From NCBI GenBank assembly GCA_050084985.1, contig JBITNC010000001.1, forward strand, positions 2,232,001-2,296,000: a DNA stretch of 64,000 nt, written 5' to 3'. The notes under the pieces are model-generated. The model searched no databases. It was not told the DNA's origin and saw nothing but the letters and a program-made list of their open reading frames with translations. Below, one piece after another: positions 23,423 to 36,327 of this stretch; within the stretch, counting starts at the first letter, position 1; each line of letters starts with the position of its first letter. Both the position numbers and the translations under genes were made by a program. Source of the stretch: Nageia nagi (taxonomy: Eukaryota; Plantae; Pinophyta).

Positions 23423-24118
23423 GATGATGCACTGCCTAGATACAGTTCTTTGCAGCTGCCTAGTCCTCTTGTAAGCAAGTCTTCTAGGTATGAACGATCC
23501 CCATCACTCACACCACCAGAAGCTTGGGGAGGAGATCCACCAACTGAAAGATTCGGCCCAAAGAACAAGTTATCAAGATTTGCTCCCTCTGCACACCTGG
23601 ATACCGATGAACTTTTATCTGGCTTGGTCTCTTCTCGTTTACAGGATTTATCCTCATCCAGTGTTTCTGCCACTCTTTGTTTTCCTGCAAAAAGTAGTCC
23701 TAATGTCAGTTCTGCTAAAGTTGTAGATGCTGATTTTTCAAGATCAGGCAATTCCTCTGTCATTTCAGAACCTTTAACTACACATAATATGAATAATATC
23801 ACAAGTTTCCTGGGATCAAAGGTCGTCGCAGGACAATTAAATGCTGATATGTCCGGGTTAGCATTGCCAGGGTTATCAAGGAAATACATGGAGTACACTG
23901 AAAGAAGAGCAAGTAATAGTTTATCTAGAGATTTTTCATTTGCAGGTGATGGGGCATTATTGAATGCTGAATCACCTAGAGAAAAGAAAATTGGTCTTGA
24001 GAAGGAAGAACAAAGTGGTGCTGCCAGTGAATTGAATGAGAAAAGGTTCTCTGAAAACAATTCATTCTTAAGAGCAGATACTTCAGTGCCTCCATTATCT
24101 TCTTCTTTGCCTGCCAAT
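23423..24118 (+). CDS. NEDD1: NEDD1/GCP-WD (gamma-tubulin ring complex targeting factor), large Ser-rich internal exon
   Basis: cag|GAT...AAT|gtaagt, 696 nt, phase 0-0. Contains the plant NEDD1 motif LTPPEAWGG and is in frame with the exon at 55151. Confidence 0.82.
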
Positions 24119-24989
24119 GTAAGTGTCTGTCTCTTCATTTTCTAAAAATATGTTATATATGGTGCATGACAAACCTGGGACTCTGTTAAGAACTAGTACT
24201 GCAGATTGATTGCAGTAGGAAATGTGTTGAGGCATAATATACATCCTAGTTTATAAATGCATGTAAATACTAACACCTTCATTTGGTTGATTTTTACAAA
24301 TTTGCTTTCCATACAACCATAGTGTTCATATACAAATCTATTCTGTGATGTCGAAGAATTATAAAGTTTTTCCATGATTGTCTGCAGATTGCTTTTACAA
24401 ATCTGATTACTGATTTGGTTTCCAATATTGCTAATCTACAGATCTGTGGAGATTTAACAGTCTCTTTTATAAAGTAATTTGTAACAGAACTGTCAGTCAG
24501 GAGATAATATTTGAAAGTTCCCATAATAAATCTTAAAATTTGGTCAAACTTAGATGCAACTCCTTTGATAATGGTTTATAAGGATTGGCCAAATATTCAT
24601 GAGAATATGAATGTGTAGCCATAAAGTATTTTACTTGTTTCATGGTCACAATATGAAACATTTTTCCTGCTTATGTTGGCATCCTCGTGTCATTCTCTGG
24701 TGGGCTGGTCATGGTAAAGATTCCCTTAGCATTTTGCATATGTTATAGGGGGGTTGCAGGACCAGTCTGGATATGCATGTAAAATTGCTAAAATTTGATG
24801 TTTGTGCATAGATAAATAAAATAACCTGCATTTTCTTCTTCACAAGATCTGATAAACAGGAAACTAAGAAGAGGAGTTGAGGCCTTGAAAATTTGAAATA
24901 ATGTTGTCAATAATTTTGCCATTCCATTTAAATGAGGAAAAAATTGTTAGAACAGCCCAAGAGCTGAACAATTTTCTGAACACAATTCC

Positions 24990-25430
24990 TTACTCCAAAT
25001 CTGGTCGCATGGTTTTGAATGAGTGCCTCAAGCACTGCCTTAAAAGTATGCGACTGGGTTCAGGGGTTGATATGAAATGCCTTGGCCAAAAAGGCTAACT
25101 GGATGTGCAACATCCCTAAATCTTCCTTCCCTCCTTGGTTGCACGTTTCGGAGTGAGTGCCTAAGCATGCATGAGAAATGGTGCGACTAGTTCCTGACAT
25201 GAAGATGTAATATTTCTCAATAGTCCTCCTTCCTTGGTCCCACGTTTAGAAATGAGTGCTCAAGTAGGGAGGATAAATGGTGCGATTGAGAAGAGGGGTG
25301 GTAATGGAATGATATATGAAATGCTCAAAAAGGGGGGTGGTATTTACAGGTTTTTATTGTTGTCAAGCGTCACTTTTTTATTAGCCCGTCTAAGGGTCAA
25401 ATAGAAGGCCCACAACAAGGTCGCAACACA
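24990..25430 (-). mobile_element. Fragment of a C-type unit promoter/motif region
   Basis: ggtcgcatggttttgaatgagtgcctcaagca is the reverse complement of ~35540-35573. ggggggtggtatttacaggtttt matches the reverse complement of the ~35240 TATA region. Confidence 0.65.
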
Positions 25431-25499
25431 ACAAAATATAGGATTTCTAGGTTTTGAGAAGGCCTATGGAAATGGTGTTATTTTTGAAGTTTTCTAGAA

Positions 25500-28400
25500 T
25501 ATAAAATTGAAGATGCCAAGCTGCGAAGGACGAAAAACCATGCATAATTAAACTTGGAACTTCTTGAAAACAGTCAAAATTGCAAAATCTACGAGGAGGC
25601 ATTTTTCAAGTTTTGATGATATCAAAGCTTGGAAACATGCACCTGGAGGAGATTTCAACAAGTTTGAATTTCGCTAGAGTAGAATTTGGAGGATATGAGC
25701 CAATGAAAGACACCGTTGCAGACCTGGTTCGAAAATCCGTGATTAATCGGCGAGTACTCGCGAGTAACCGCGATTCGAAGGCAAAACGAGTAATCGAGGG
25801 TCATTACTCGGCCTTGACGGTTTTTGTAGGTTACTCGATGATCACTCAGTGGTTACTCGACAATTACTTGGTGATCACTCAATGGTTACTTGACAGTTAC
25901 TTGGTGATTACTTGTCTACCATCAAAATAGAGTTAAAAAACATGAAAAAGACGGTAAACAGCAAGATATGCCTTTTAACTATCTAATTGTGTCTCATTCT
26001 TCTCATTCCATTGTGTTAGCTCAATTTTTTGCTCTGTAGATCAATTTGTGAAAGATTTGAAGTTTGAGTATCAATTTGAAGAGCTTCAATGTTGATTTGT
26101 AAGTTTTTTCATATTTTGTAATTTTTCATATTTTGAAATGTTCAAGGTTTTTTTGTCGACTTGCGGTGCCGACTTTTTTCTGAGTACTCTCCGAGTTGTC
26201 GAGTACTCTCTAAATTTTTCCTGGCCGAGTAGTTCCCAAGTCCGAGTTTTCCAACCTTGGTTTCAGACACCTTTAGGCTTGGAGATCTCAAAGTTCGACC
26301 AAAGTTGCTCTTTCCAAAGTCTAGACACAGGTTTTCTGGTTGTGATGATGTCAAAGATGGAAAAATGGCACCTAGTGTCAAGATGCCTCATTTTGATCTT
26401 CATCAAATTTGAAATTTGAAGATACAAGCATGAGAAGGGTACCAAAACAAACAAGTTTAAGCTTGAGAGTTTTCAAATTTGATCAAGTTTACTCCGTCTC
26501 ACCTCTAGGCGCAGATTTTGGGGGTTTGATGGTGCCAAACATGGAAAACATGTGCCTAGCATGAAGATGAACATTTTTAACCAAATTTTGAATGCATTTT
26601 TGAAGACATGGAATGATGGAGAAAGGAAAAGCAAGTGCTTTTGCTCTTGGAAATTTGAAAAAAGACCAAAAAATATGTCCAAGAGATGTAGGCATCATTT
26701 TGGGAGCTTTGATGGCATTAAAGCTAGAAAACATGCGCCTAGGTCATGAAACACTCAAATTTGACATTTTGGAATAGGATTTTGAAGACACCATGATGTG
26801 TAGGATGAAAAATCAAAGGGATTTGGCTTTGAAACTTCTTCAAAAGGATCAAAATTGCTCACTCAAGAGGTAGGCGTGTTTTTTGAGTGTTTGATGTCAA
26901 CAAAGAGAAAAAAACATGCTTCTAGACCAAATGGGCTCTATTTTTTACATTTGAACATTTCAAATTTGAGCACCTAGAGGCATGAAGGATTGAATTTCAA
27001 GTCAAATTACCTTTGGAGGTGCTCAAAATACTCAAAAACTCCCCTTCCACACCTAGGTGCAGATTTTGGGGATTTGATGGTGTCAAAAATGGAAAACATG
27101 TGTATACCTCAAGATGACACAAGTTTCGATTTTCATGGAAGTGAAAAGTGAGCATACAAACTTGTGGAGGACCTAAATCTAAGTATCTTTAGGCTTGGAA
27201 GTTTGTAAATTGATCAATTTTACCTCCTCCTACAGCTAGGTGCAAGTTTTGAGAGTTTGTGAGGTCCAAATATGGAAAAATGACGTCTAAGCCCAAACTA
27301 CTCAAAATTTACCATTTGTCAAAATCAAAATTTGAAGGTATGAGGTGGTGCACAATGCAAATCCAAGCATGTTTGCACTTGGAAGTACTCAAAAATGACA
27401 AAAAATGCACATTCTATACCTAGGTGCAATTTTTAGGTGTTTTATGAGACCAAAGAAGGAAAACATGCGCTTGGGTGAGGAAGACCTATTTGGCATGGAA
27501 AACACACCTTAGAAAGTGATCTTATTTGTCAAAATGAGGCTAACAAGCATGTGAAAAGCACCAAAACCAAATTTGAGCACCAAAAGCAAATTTGCGTACC
27601 AAATCCAAATTTGAGCACCAAAAGTGCACCCACTCCCAAAATTGAATTCTAGATCCAAAATTCTCAAAATTAATGCAAAATACCTTGGAGTTTTGTTGCC
27701 TATCCATCCATGGCCTTGTTGGATCAATCTGATAACTTTTTGAAAATTTTCCAAAATCACTGCCCACGCCCCCACCCCATAGAGCATTTCCGAAAATTTA
27801 GATGAAAATCCACTTTTTTGAAAATCCTCACCAAATTGCTTGAAAGTTCGCCAAGAACACTCAAATGTAGATTGAATCCATATTTGACAAGAAAATGTAC
27901 TTAAAGATGGTGGAGGAGATTCATAATGGCTTCAAGATCCGTTGAAGAAGGCTCAAATTTCTATCTATTTAGCTTATATTGCTTATGGGATGAGTTTTTA
28001 CTCCCACAACTTGAAATCTAATTTCAATTTCAGTTTGCATTTCAATTTGATTTAGAGCAACACTAGGTTGCTCTCAAAAGTCTGTAAATTGACCCTAATG
28101 GGTCTCGTTTGTTCTAGAGTGAAATTTGTGAATAAAAAGAGTAAATTGATGTATTCTTGTATGCTTTTAAGCAAATTTATACAAAGTGGTGAATTTTTAA
28201 AAACAAAGTGAATTGTCATTTGTGGGATTGCGGATTCGATCTTTTGGAGCTTTTTTTGAGTGACTTGGATTCTTTCGTGCCATTTCTTTAAAAAATTTCA
28301 AATTTTAGGAATTTTTTTTGAAAATTTTAATCATTCTTAGATTGGTGCCAATCTACAATTTGCATGTTAAGTGAACGTAATCTGAAATTTCTTTCATTCT

Positions 28401-28669
28401 ATGCCATCCAATTAGACCTTTCATTCGAAACGAAGTTTGTGGGTGCACTTGATCTACGCTAAGTTCATTTGATTGTTTATTGGTACCACTTAGGAGTATC
28501 GACAATCAGCGTTGCTCTTTGCTCCTCTTGAAAATAACTTGTATATAGGTCATTTATTTTCAAGTTGGAAGACTTTAAATAAAACTTCTTAACTAATTCG
28601 AAAAGTAAAAAATCTCATACAATGCTTCATTGTGATGTTTCCTTTGTAATCTAACAAAGTATTGCATCA
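25500..28669 (+). mobile_element. LTR-like sequence with an E-type ~183-bp array but no large ORF; boundaries approximate
   Basis: TAGG(C/T)GC anchors at ~26322, 26506, 26689, 26871, 27054, 27237 and 27421 resemble the reverse complement of the E array. Possible ...GCATCA end at 28669; no TSD found. Confidence 0.55.
25723..26259. mobile_element. hAT-type MITE (537 bp)
   Basis: Imperfect TIRs CCTGGTTCGAAAATCCG / CCGAGTTTTCCAACCTTG, 8-bp TSD GTTGCAGA/GTTTCAGA, and subterminal CGAGT/TACTCG repeats. Confidence 0.8.
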
Positions 28670-29145
28670 TTCTCAACTTTTATTTTCTTTATTTTTCTCT
28701 TTCTTTAAAATTTAAAACAACATTCAAACTTCACATATAAACACCCTAAGTTTCCTAAAAAAACACGTGAGTTAACAACTATTACCTCTATTACACCACT
28801 GATTTGATTCTTGAACAAGAGTTACTACAAATCAAGCGATTTTCTTTTTACGAATCTGAAACCTTGGGGTCTCAATCCTTACAAGTCAGGATAGGTAATG
28901 CTATCTCACCTAAATGCTGGGTTGTGTTTCCATTCGATCACCTCCGGTGATGCCTTGTATAAGAGGAATGAATTCCTTCCCAACACCACCACCTCCCCTA
29001 GTCATCCCCACCATCCTCAACCCTCCCCACACTCCCATTCTATTGGATCCAGTGCATGCCCACCTTTACAATAGTATCCTAAAACAGAAGTTACTTGGCT
29101 TACACTCTCTTTCTTCTATGGATGATCAGGCACTCTTTTTAGCGG

Positions 29146-29344
29146 TGTTGGTATGTTTTTCTTTCCTCACCCAAAACATGCACAAGACTTGGAGGAAACA
29201 ACGTTACTTGTTTCAACTTGAAAGGATTGGTTACCCCAAGTGCTCACATGGAATATGGACTAGGGAACAGTGGATAGAGATGCATGTTGTTAACTGTATA
29301 CAAGGGAAATATACGGCCGGAATTCATTTCCACAAAGAGGAAAG
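29146..29344 (-). mobile_element. Terminal ~200 bp of an inverted A/C-type unit, cut by unit B
   Basis: Reverse complement of ~44755-44947 (TGTTGGTATGTTTTTCTTTCCTC...). Confidence 0.88.
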
Positions 29345-31580
29345 TGTTGTGCTTGCACAACACCCTCCAAAAATTTGCATTTTTGAGGACCCTCATTGTA
29401 CTAAAACGTAAAGACATGAAAGATTCTTTTGAGGAAATGCATGCATTATAGGTGTAGCAAGGGTACACGTGGTAAATTTGAACCTTCATGTTCAAACGAG
29501 TCAGAATTTTGCCATTTTATCCATGGCACACGTTTTAGGGGACATGCTTTTGCATGTACATTGAAACTTGCACCCTCCTTCATACTTCATAGTTTTGGGT
29601 TAAGTCTTGCATTTTTAGATTCAAACTGCATTATTCATGCCCATTTTTACTTAATCATTTTGTGAAAATTGCATCCCCTCCATCACATCTCATTCTTGAG
29701 GATCATTTTGGTCATTTTGAGGAGAATTAACATGTTTTGTGCCTGAGCGCATGTTTTGAGGGACATGCTTTTGCATTTACCCAGATCGGTGCACCTAGGT
29801 GGATGAGGTAGTTTGACACTCAGCAGATTTCAGAGGAAAATTGTCAAAACAGCTTGAGCGCATTTTTGAGGGACATGGTTTTGCATGTACCCAAAATAGT
29901 GCGCCCTTGGCAAAAAGAGCATTCTCAAGCACTTAGTCATTTTTAGAGAAATTGGTGAGTTGGCTGAGCGCATGGTTTTGGGGACATGCTTTTGCATATA
30001 CTCAAATCAGTGCGCCCTCCTTCAGATGCAAAATTTTGGCTAAAGTGTGGGATTATGGACATTCACTATGGAAAAGAGAGGTGTGCTCACATGCATCGGA
30101 CCTTCACTCACACTAAAAGTTGCATGACACCTGTCCACTTGAGCAAGTCTATAAAAGGAAGGTCAGCTTCAACATTTAGTTTGTTTGGTTGAATTCAGAG
30201 CCTTGTGCAGTGCTATGTCCATAAAGCATGTCCCTCAAATTTTGTGCCCTATTTTGGATGGTGATTTTCAAGGTCATTTTCATTAAATATTAATTTGTTG
30301 CATTGGAGAGTGTGTCACGGGATTGTGCACATGGTTTCTGGAGCATGCTTAGGCACTCATTCAAATTGGTGCACCAACTTCCAGATGTCCTGGCCCAGGG
30401 GTATTTTTTTGACTAAGTATACAATCTTGTAAAGGGGCCTAGGCGCATGTTTTCTGGTACATGCTTTTCCACTCTTCCAAAAGGGTGCACCCAAAATCCA
30501 GGAGCATTTTCAAGTCAAGTATTTTGAGGTGCCTGTTTTGGTACCCACAAGGATTTTGGGACATGCTTTTGCACCCCTTCAGAAGGTTGCAACCAAGTTG
30601 CAAAGGTTTTCAAGTATAATAAAATTAATTACTAAGTCCTTTTTATGCATTAAAGTTAGTAGGCGCATGCATTTCTAGAACATGCTTTTGCACGTACTCT
30701 AAAACGTATGCCCACCATCTTGGCTTTGTCATTTGACCTCATTTTGAACCAACCTAGAGGTGATATTGGGCATGTTCGAAGGTTATTTATATGAAGCAAC
30801 CCCTTGTATCATTTAATGCTTCATTTCATTTTGGGTTGAGATTCTTCGTCGCATCATTTTTGAGAAGGTGTCTGTGCTGCCAAAAGCCATTTTTAAGAGG
30901 GTGAGCTATATCCCAGGGTCCATTTTTTGTAATTCACTTTGCATTTTTCTGTCAAGGCTTGCCCTAAATTGACCTATGCTCATGTTTTCTCACTAGTGCT
31001 TCAAGGACTCATCCAAGACGGTGCGCCCAGGTCCATATTTAGGAATTTGGCGAAGTATACCTGATTATTAGATGCATTCTGTTCTTTCATTCATGCATTA
31101 GAATTTAAGGCGCATGCTTTGTGGAACATGAAAAAACACATGCCCAAATCCATGCGCTCTAGCATGAAGTGGTGATCTGGCCTCTCAAGTAGAAAATTGT
31201 TGCCCAAAAATTGACAAAAGTGATGTGTATGCCCATCAGGAGACCAGTCGCCTATTTTTTAGGTAGTGAAAAAGCACGTACCCAAATCCGTGTGACCTGG
31301 GGACAATGAGCCAAAATTGTCTAAGTATTGGAGAAGCCAAGAGTTGGAAGACTAAGAAGACAGGTGGCACACCCACTGTGTGCCATGCATAAACCCTACA
31401 TGCAGCTTCTATAAGAAGGCAATTCGAGTTCATTTCTGCAGGACATTTTACAGCTTAGACCTGCATGTCTGGCCAAGTTTTTCTATGCACATCTAATTCG
31501 GTGTTTGACCGTTTTTGGGGCATTCCCAACCAGAATTCCAGCTTTTTATGTAGTTTTCTGCACATTTTTCAGATTTTAAG

Positions 31581-34500
31581 ATGACTTCTAAGGTGAGGTC
31601 TCCCCCATCCAAGGCTAGGAAGATTCAGGGTTGTTGGAATGTATAATGCATAATTGTAAAGGTTATGTAATAATCTTCTATGTAAGTTCACTAATACTTA
31701 AGGGTATCATTTGATACCTTAAGTATTTAAGTGAATATGATAATGTTACTTGTCCTACACTCCATGTCATGAGCATGCCCCTTGGGTAAAAGGATGTGCA
31801 TGTCATGCTTTTGTACATTGGATAAAAGGGTGATCCAAAGAGAGATTTTGGCCTATAAATAGAAGGCTCTCCTATTTGTGATTACACACCCAATTGTGGA
31901 GTAAAGTTATGCTATAGGATAGTGTTTAGGAGTTGAGATTAGGAGGATTGTAAGAGAGTTGTATTTGTGATTGAAGTAAAGATCTAGTTAGTGGATGTGC
32001 TTCTAGTTGGAGGAACCACTTACATCTTGTGTTGTGTTGTGAGATTGCTTTGTGAGTTTCTTAGATGTGTATTGTGAGCTTTCATGTGATCTTGGGAGTT
32101 TAGAGTTGTTCATGTTATAGTTCAACTCTCTCAAGGGGTAGCTTTTTGAAAGACATGTCACAGATGACCAGATGGAGAGGATTTTGAGGGAAAGTCAGAT
32201 AGAATTGCAAGAAAGAGAAAAACCAGAGCTCTCTAAAGCCAAATTTAAAAGGGAGATTCGCCTTTGTTGGTGATACAAATTGGGGAAGTGTTAACCCCAT
32301 TTAGACCATAGCCTCCACTGCCTCCATTAGTAAGGAGGGCTCGTTGGATGAAATCATCCATTCTTGTGGGTTGTTTAATGCCATTATGATGCCTTTTGTT
32401 GTTTCATTTCCTTAATTGTTTTATGAAATTCTCTAAATGCTGCAAGTATGACAAAAGAGTTCTCTTGGACACCGAAGGGAATGTGATCATGGGCTTCTCT
32501 CCAGAAGGAATCAAAGCCGCCTTTGGTTGGAGAAGATACGAGGATGATTATACATTGGCCACTTCAGAAGAATTCCATGACTCCACTTCTTGGCCTGGGG
32601 ATTATATCAGAAGATGGTTGTATGAAGACTACCAGGGCATCCAGGGCCAGAGATTGATTCGTTCTTGTAGGGATGAGTTCCTCCCCACGATTGCTAATTT
32701 GATCACTTTGTTGTACAGAGTCACAGGTCAAGAAAATGACTCCAGTACATGAAGGAGTTCATTGGATTTATTGCCGTGATCAGCTCAAGGAGAGCTATTC
32801 GGTGGAACAGGGTAATTAGTGATGCCTTGCACCACCAGCTAGCCTACTTTGGCTTTTCTAGGAGGTTCTATATGAGCTCTTATCTTGTGTACCTATTGTT
32901 GCATGACAAGCTCATATCAAGGGAGCTTGCGGATGAAAGATATTTGGGCCAAAAAGGCATCCCGGTGTGGCAAATCTATTAAAAGTGGTGGTATCATAAT
33001 AAATTCAAACATTTCTATGAGAGAAACGACAGATGGGAGTACGCCATTTACAAGGAAATCAAGGAGAATCAGTAATCAAAAGAATCTCTGATGCTACTGT
33101 TCAAGCCATCAATGTGCATGCAGACTTCTATCTGCAATATACTGATCATACTTACATCAGGATCTACGGCTCTAAAGAACAACCCTTGCTCTTGTCCAGA
33201 TATGTTAGTGACAAAATGATTCTCATGGAATTTGCCAGACAATTACTGTTTTTGAAGGAACAAGTGTGGAGAAAGGATGCAACCATCAACTTACCCATTT
33301 CCATCGCAAGTTATGTTTGGTAAACATGGGTTGAGGGTAATAATATGAAGAAAGAGTTGCAGTAGTATGTCTTCTTCAAGGAGATGGCAGCCAGAAACTA
33401 CAATCCTAGGGGTGTTATCGCCCGTTTCTACAATACCGCATTCTAGAAACTTGTTGTTTACAAGCATAAGTCTTTGGGGAATGTGAGAAAGTACATAAAT
33501 GTACGAGATGAGGAGGAGATAACAAGAATAGATGCTCTTTTGAGCAGGAATAAGGCTCCCCTTCAGGTAGAAAAGGCACCTCAGAGACCTAGATTTGTGA
33601 AAGCAAGACCTAAAGAGGTCCCATTGAGGATCAAAACTTCCCATCCTTCTTCAAGCGTTGCACCTTCTCAAGTCAAGACATCCTTGCTTCCCAGGGGAAA
33701 AAGACAAGGAGTGTCAAGAGAACATGCCTCAGCAGGACCTAGTAAACGCAGTGTGGTGACTGACGTAGTGAAGAAAAGCCAACAGGGTGTCTGATTTTAG
33801 AGACGCTGGTTATCGTGATATCGCTTTGAGCATGCTGGAGGAAGCCCATGCTAATGATTCCCTTGTTGAAGAAACTCCATCGAGACCACTCGTCCTCCTG
33901 AATATGTAGAGAAAGTTCTCCCACCACAACCAAGTTGTAGTTCTTTCAACACTCCACTTCTTATGAAGAACCCGACCGTACTGAAGAAGGCTCAGAAGAA
34001 GAGACAGAGAGCCAAGAGAATGATGTAGAAAGTTGTGGTGAAGAAGGAGAAGAAGAAGATGATGATGCAGATGATGCTGTTGATGAAGAGTGCCTCGGTC
34101 AAGAGAATGTAGCTATAGGTGCTTCTGTACCTAATGATACAGAGATTGAAACTCTCTCGAACAACAATGATGACTTGTACGTAGACGTTGGGACCTATGA
34201 TGAAGAAGTCCATATTGTTGGAGTGAAGTATGCCAAAGATGTGGGTTCTTCCAAACCCTCTCCTATTGAACATAGAAAGAGGTCACCCTCATCTTCTCAT
34301 AAGCCCTTTGTGAAGAGGACCAACCATTAGAGATCCCTTTAGCCACGAAAGAAAGGTCTATCAATAGGTGGTGATGGGGGAGACGAAAAAGATGGAGAGA
34401 CCGAAGAACAAAAAAAGAAGAGGAAGTAGGACGAGCATCAGGGTAAGGAGGTTGCCCTTGTTTAAACCACTCCAACCAAAGAAGTTAAGAAGATTAGTTA

Positions 34501-34647
34501 AAGCTGAGTGCTAGTGCAGAGGTTCCCTCCCAAGCTAGCAACCGAACACCTAGATCTTGACTTAGATGCCTTCCTAAGAGACTTAAGCATGAGTACGACT
34601 CATGATGAAGAGATTGATCAGGACTTGAGGTTCGAGGATGAAGACAC
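31581..34647 (+). pseudogene. Large ORF copy B, truncated and interrupted by a solo LTR
   Basis: MTSKVRSPPSKARKIQG...GDTNWG...IRWNRVISDAL...RRFYMSSYLVYLLLHDK...YIRIYGSKEQP...DQDLRFEDE. Confidence 0.88.
31632..32133 (+). mobile_element. Solo LTR (502 bp)
   Basis: TG...CA termini, TSD AGGGT/AGGGG, CCTATAAATAG at ~31852. Removal restores ARKIQG-(Q>stop)-LFERHV. Confidence 0.85.
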
Positions 34648-36327
34648 GTAGCCAAATTTCGGAGCTTCAAGGCTTGTCACAAGGGTGGAGATGAGTCCTT
34701 TTGCACTCATCCAAAACCATGCGACTAGGGAAAATAGAAAGCAAAAAACCTAAGTGTTGGATGTTAGTGACAAGTGGAAACCCATGCATTAGACCTCACC
34801 CTATGCCTATCTCATGGTGACACGTGTCCCACCTTGAAAGCTATAAAAGGGAAGTCACCACCCCTTCATTTCTGTTTGCAAAATTGAAGGAGGGCCAGAG
34901 CGTGGGAGATAGGAGAAAAAGCACCCCTTCTTGGATGTGCGACCAAGGACAGCCTACACCTTTTTCAAGTTTTGTTCAAAGATTGACCTTGGTAAGTGTG
35001 CCAAGGGTTGGGCGTAAGGATTCAAGCTTGTGCTTTGAGCACCCATCCAAAAGGATGCGACAAGGGAGTTAAGGGCTCTAATATGTCGGAAATTGACTAA
35101 GTCCCCTTGTCCCACTTCCTAGTCGCACCATTCCTATCTGGTCCTTTTGCACCCTCCACCATCCATGCGACCTTGTTCGTAAGCTTCCTATTGGACCTTT
35201 TAGCGAGCTGGTAAGAGAGTAACACCTGGCTTAAGAGCAAACCTATAAATATCACCCCCTCCTTTGAACATTTCATCTCTCATTTTCATCCCTCTTCTTA
35301 GTCGCATCATTTTTCAAACATGCTTAAGCATCCATCCTAAAACATGCGACCAAGGAAGGGACATTAAAATACATTGCACTCATTTTAGGGCTTGGTCGCA
35401 TCATTTTTTATGCATGCTCAAGCACCCACTTCAGAGCATGCGACCAAGAATGGAGATTCAGAGACGTACATCCAGTTAGCCTCTTTTGGCTAAGGCATTT
35501 CAGATCCACCCTTGAAACCTAGTTGCATCATTTTTCATGCATGCTTGAGGCCCTCATTCAAAACCATGCGACCAACTTTGGGGTGAAGAATTTAGTTCGG
35601 GAAATTGACTAAGTGTCACCAGGCCCAATTGCACGCATTCCTGGCTGTACTTTTGCACTCATTCATACTATGTGCTTGGACTAGTCAGTCATTTGGAATT
35701 GAGGAAGGATTAGGGTAGCATCCTCCATGGCTTCAAGCACCAAAGTACCCACTTTGAAGGCCAGAAAGACCCAAAGCCAATTATTCGGGAGGCATGTGAC
35801 TAAAAGCCGGATGACTCGACTTTTGAGGGAGAGTTTGATAGAATTTCAGCTGAAAGGCAAACCAAAGCTTCCCGAGGCCAAATTCAAGGGGAAATATATC
35901 TTTCTTGGTGACACTGATTGGGGTGACTTGGACCCAATTATGGCCTTGGCCTCTACAACCTCTCTCAGCAAAGAGGACCTGTCTGCAGAACTTATCCACA
36001 CATGCTTCTTGTTCAATGCTGCCATAATACCATTTGCAGTACCTTTTCCCAACTTGTGCAGTGAAGTGGCCAAGAGGTGTGATTTCAGCAAGAGATTGCT
36101 ATGGGATATAGAAGGTAATGTAATCATGGACTTCACCCTTGTTGGCATTGAAGCAGCTTTTGGTTGGAAACGTTATGGGGATGGCTATACATTGGTGCAT
36201 TCGGAGGAGTTTCATGATTCCACTTCCTAGCCTGGGGACTATATTAGACCTTGGTTGCTTGAGGAATTTCAGAACCTTCAAGGGCAAAGGTTGATCAATG
36301 CATGAAGAGAAGAATTTCTACCAGTGG

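Larger units (their letters stand above)
29345..34650 (+). mobile_element. LTR-like unit B, 3'-truncated
   Basis: Starts TGTTGTGCTTGCACAACACC...TTTTGAGGACCC, matching the reverse complement of the 17366 end. Motif array ~29500-31160, then the large ORF, which breaks off at ~34647. Confidence 0.8.

Noticed and set aside
23341-24138. 265-aa minus-strand ORF
   Set aside because: Antisense shadow of the Ser-rich NEDD1 exon, with no independent motifs.
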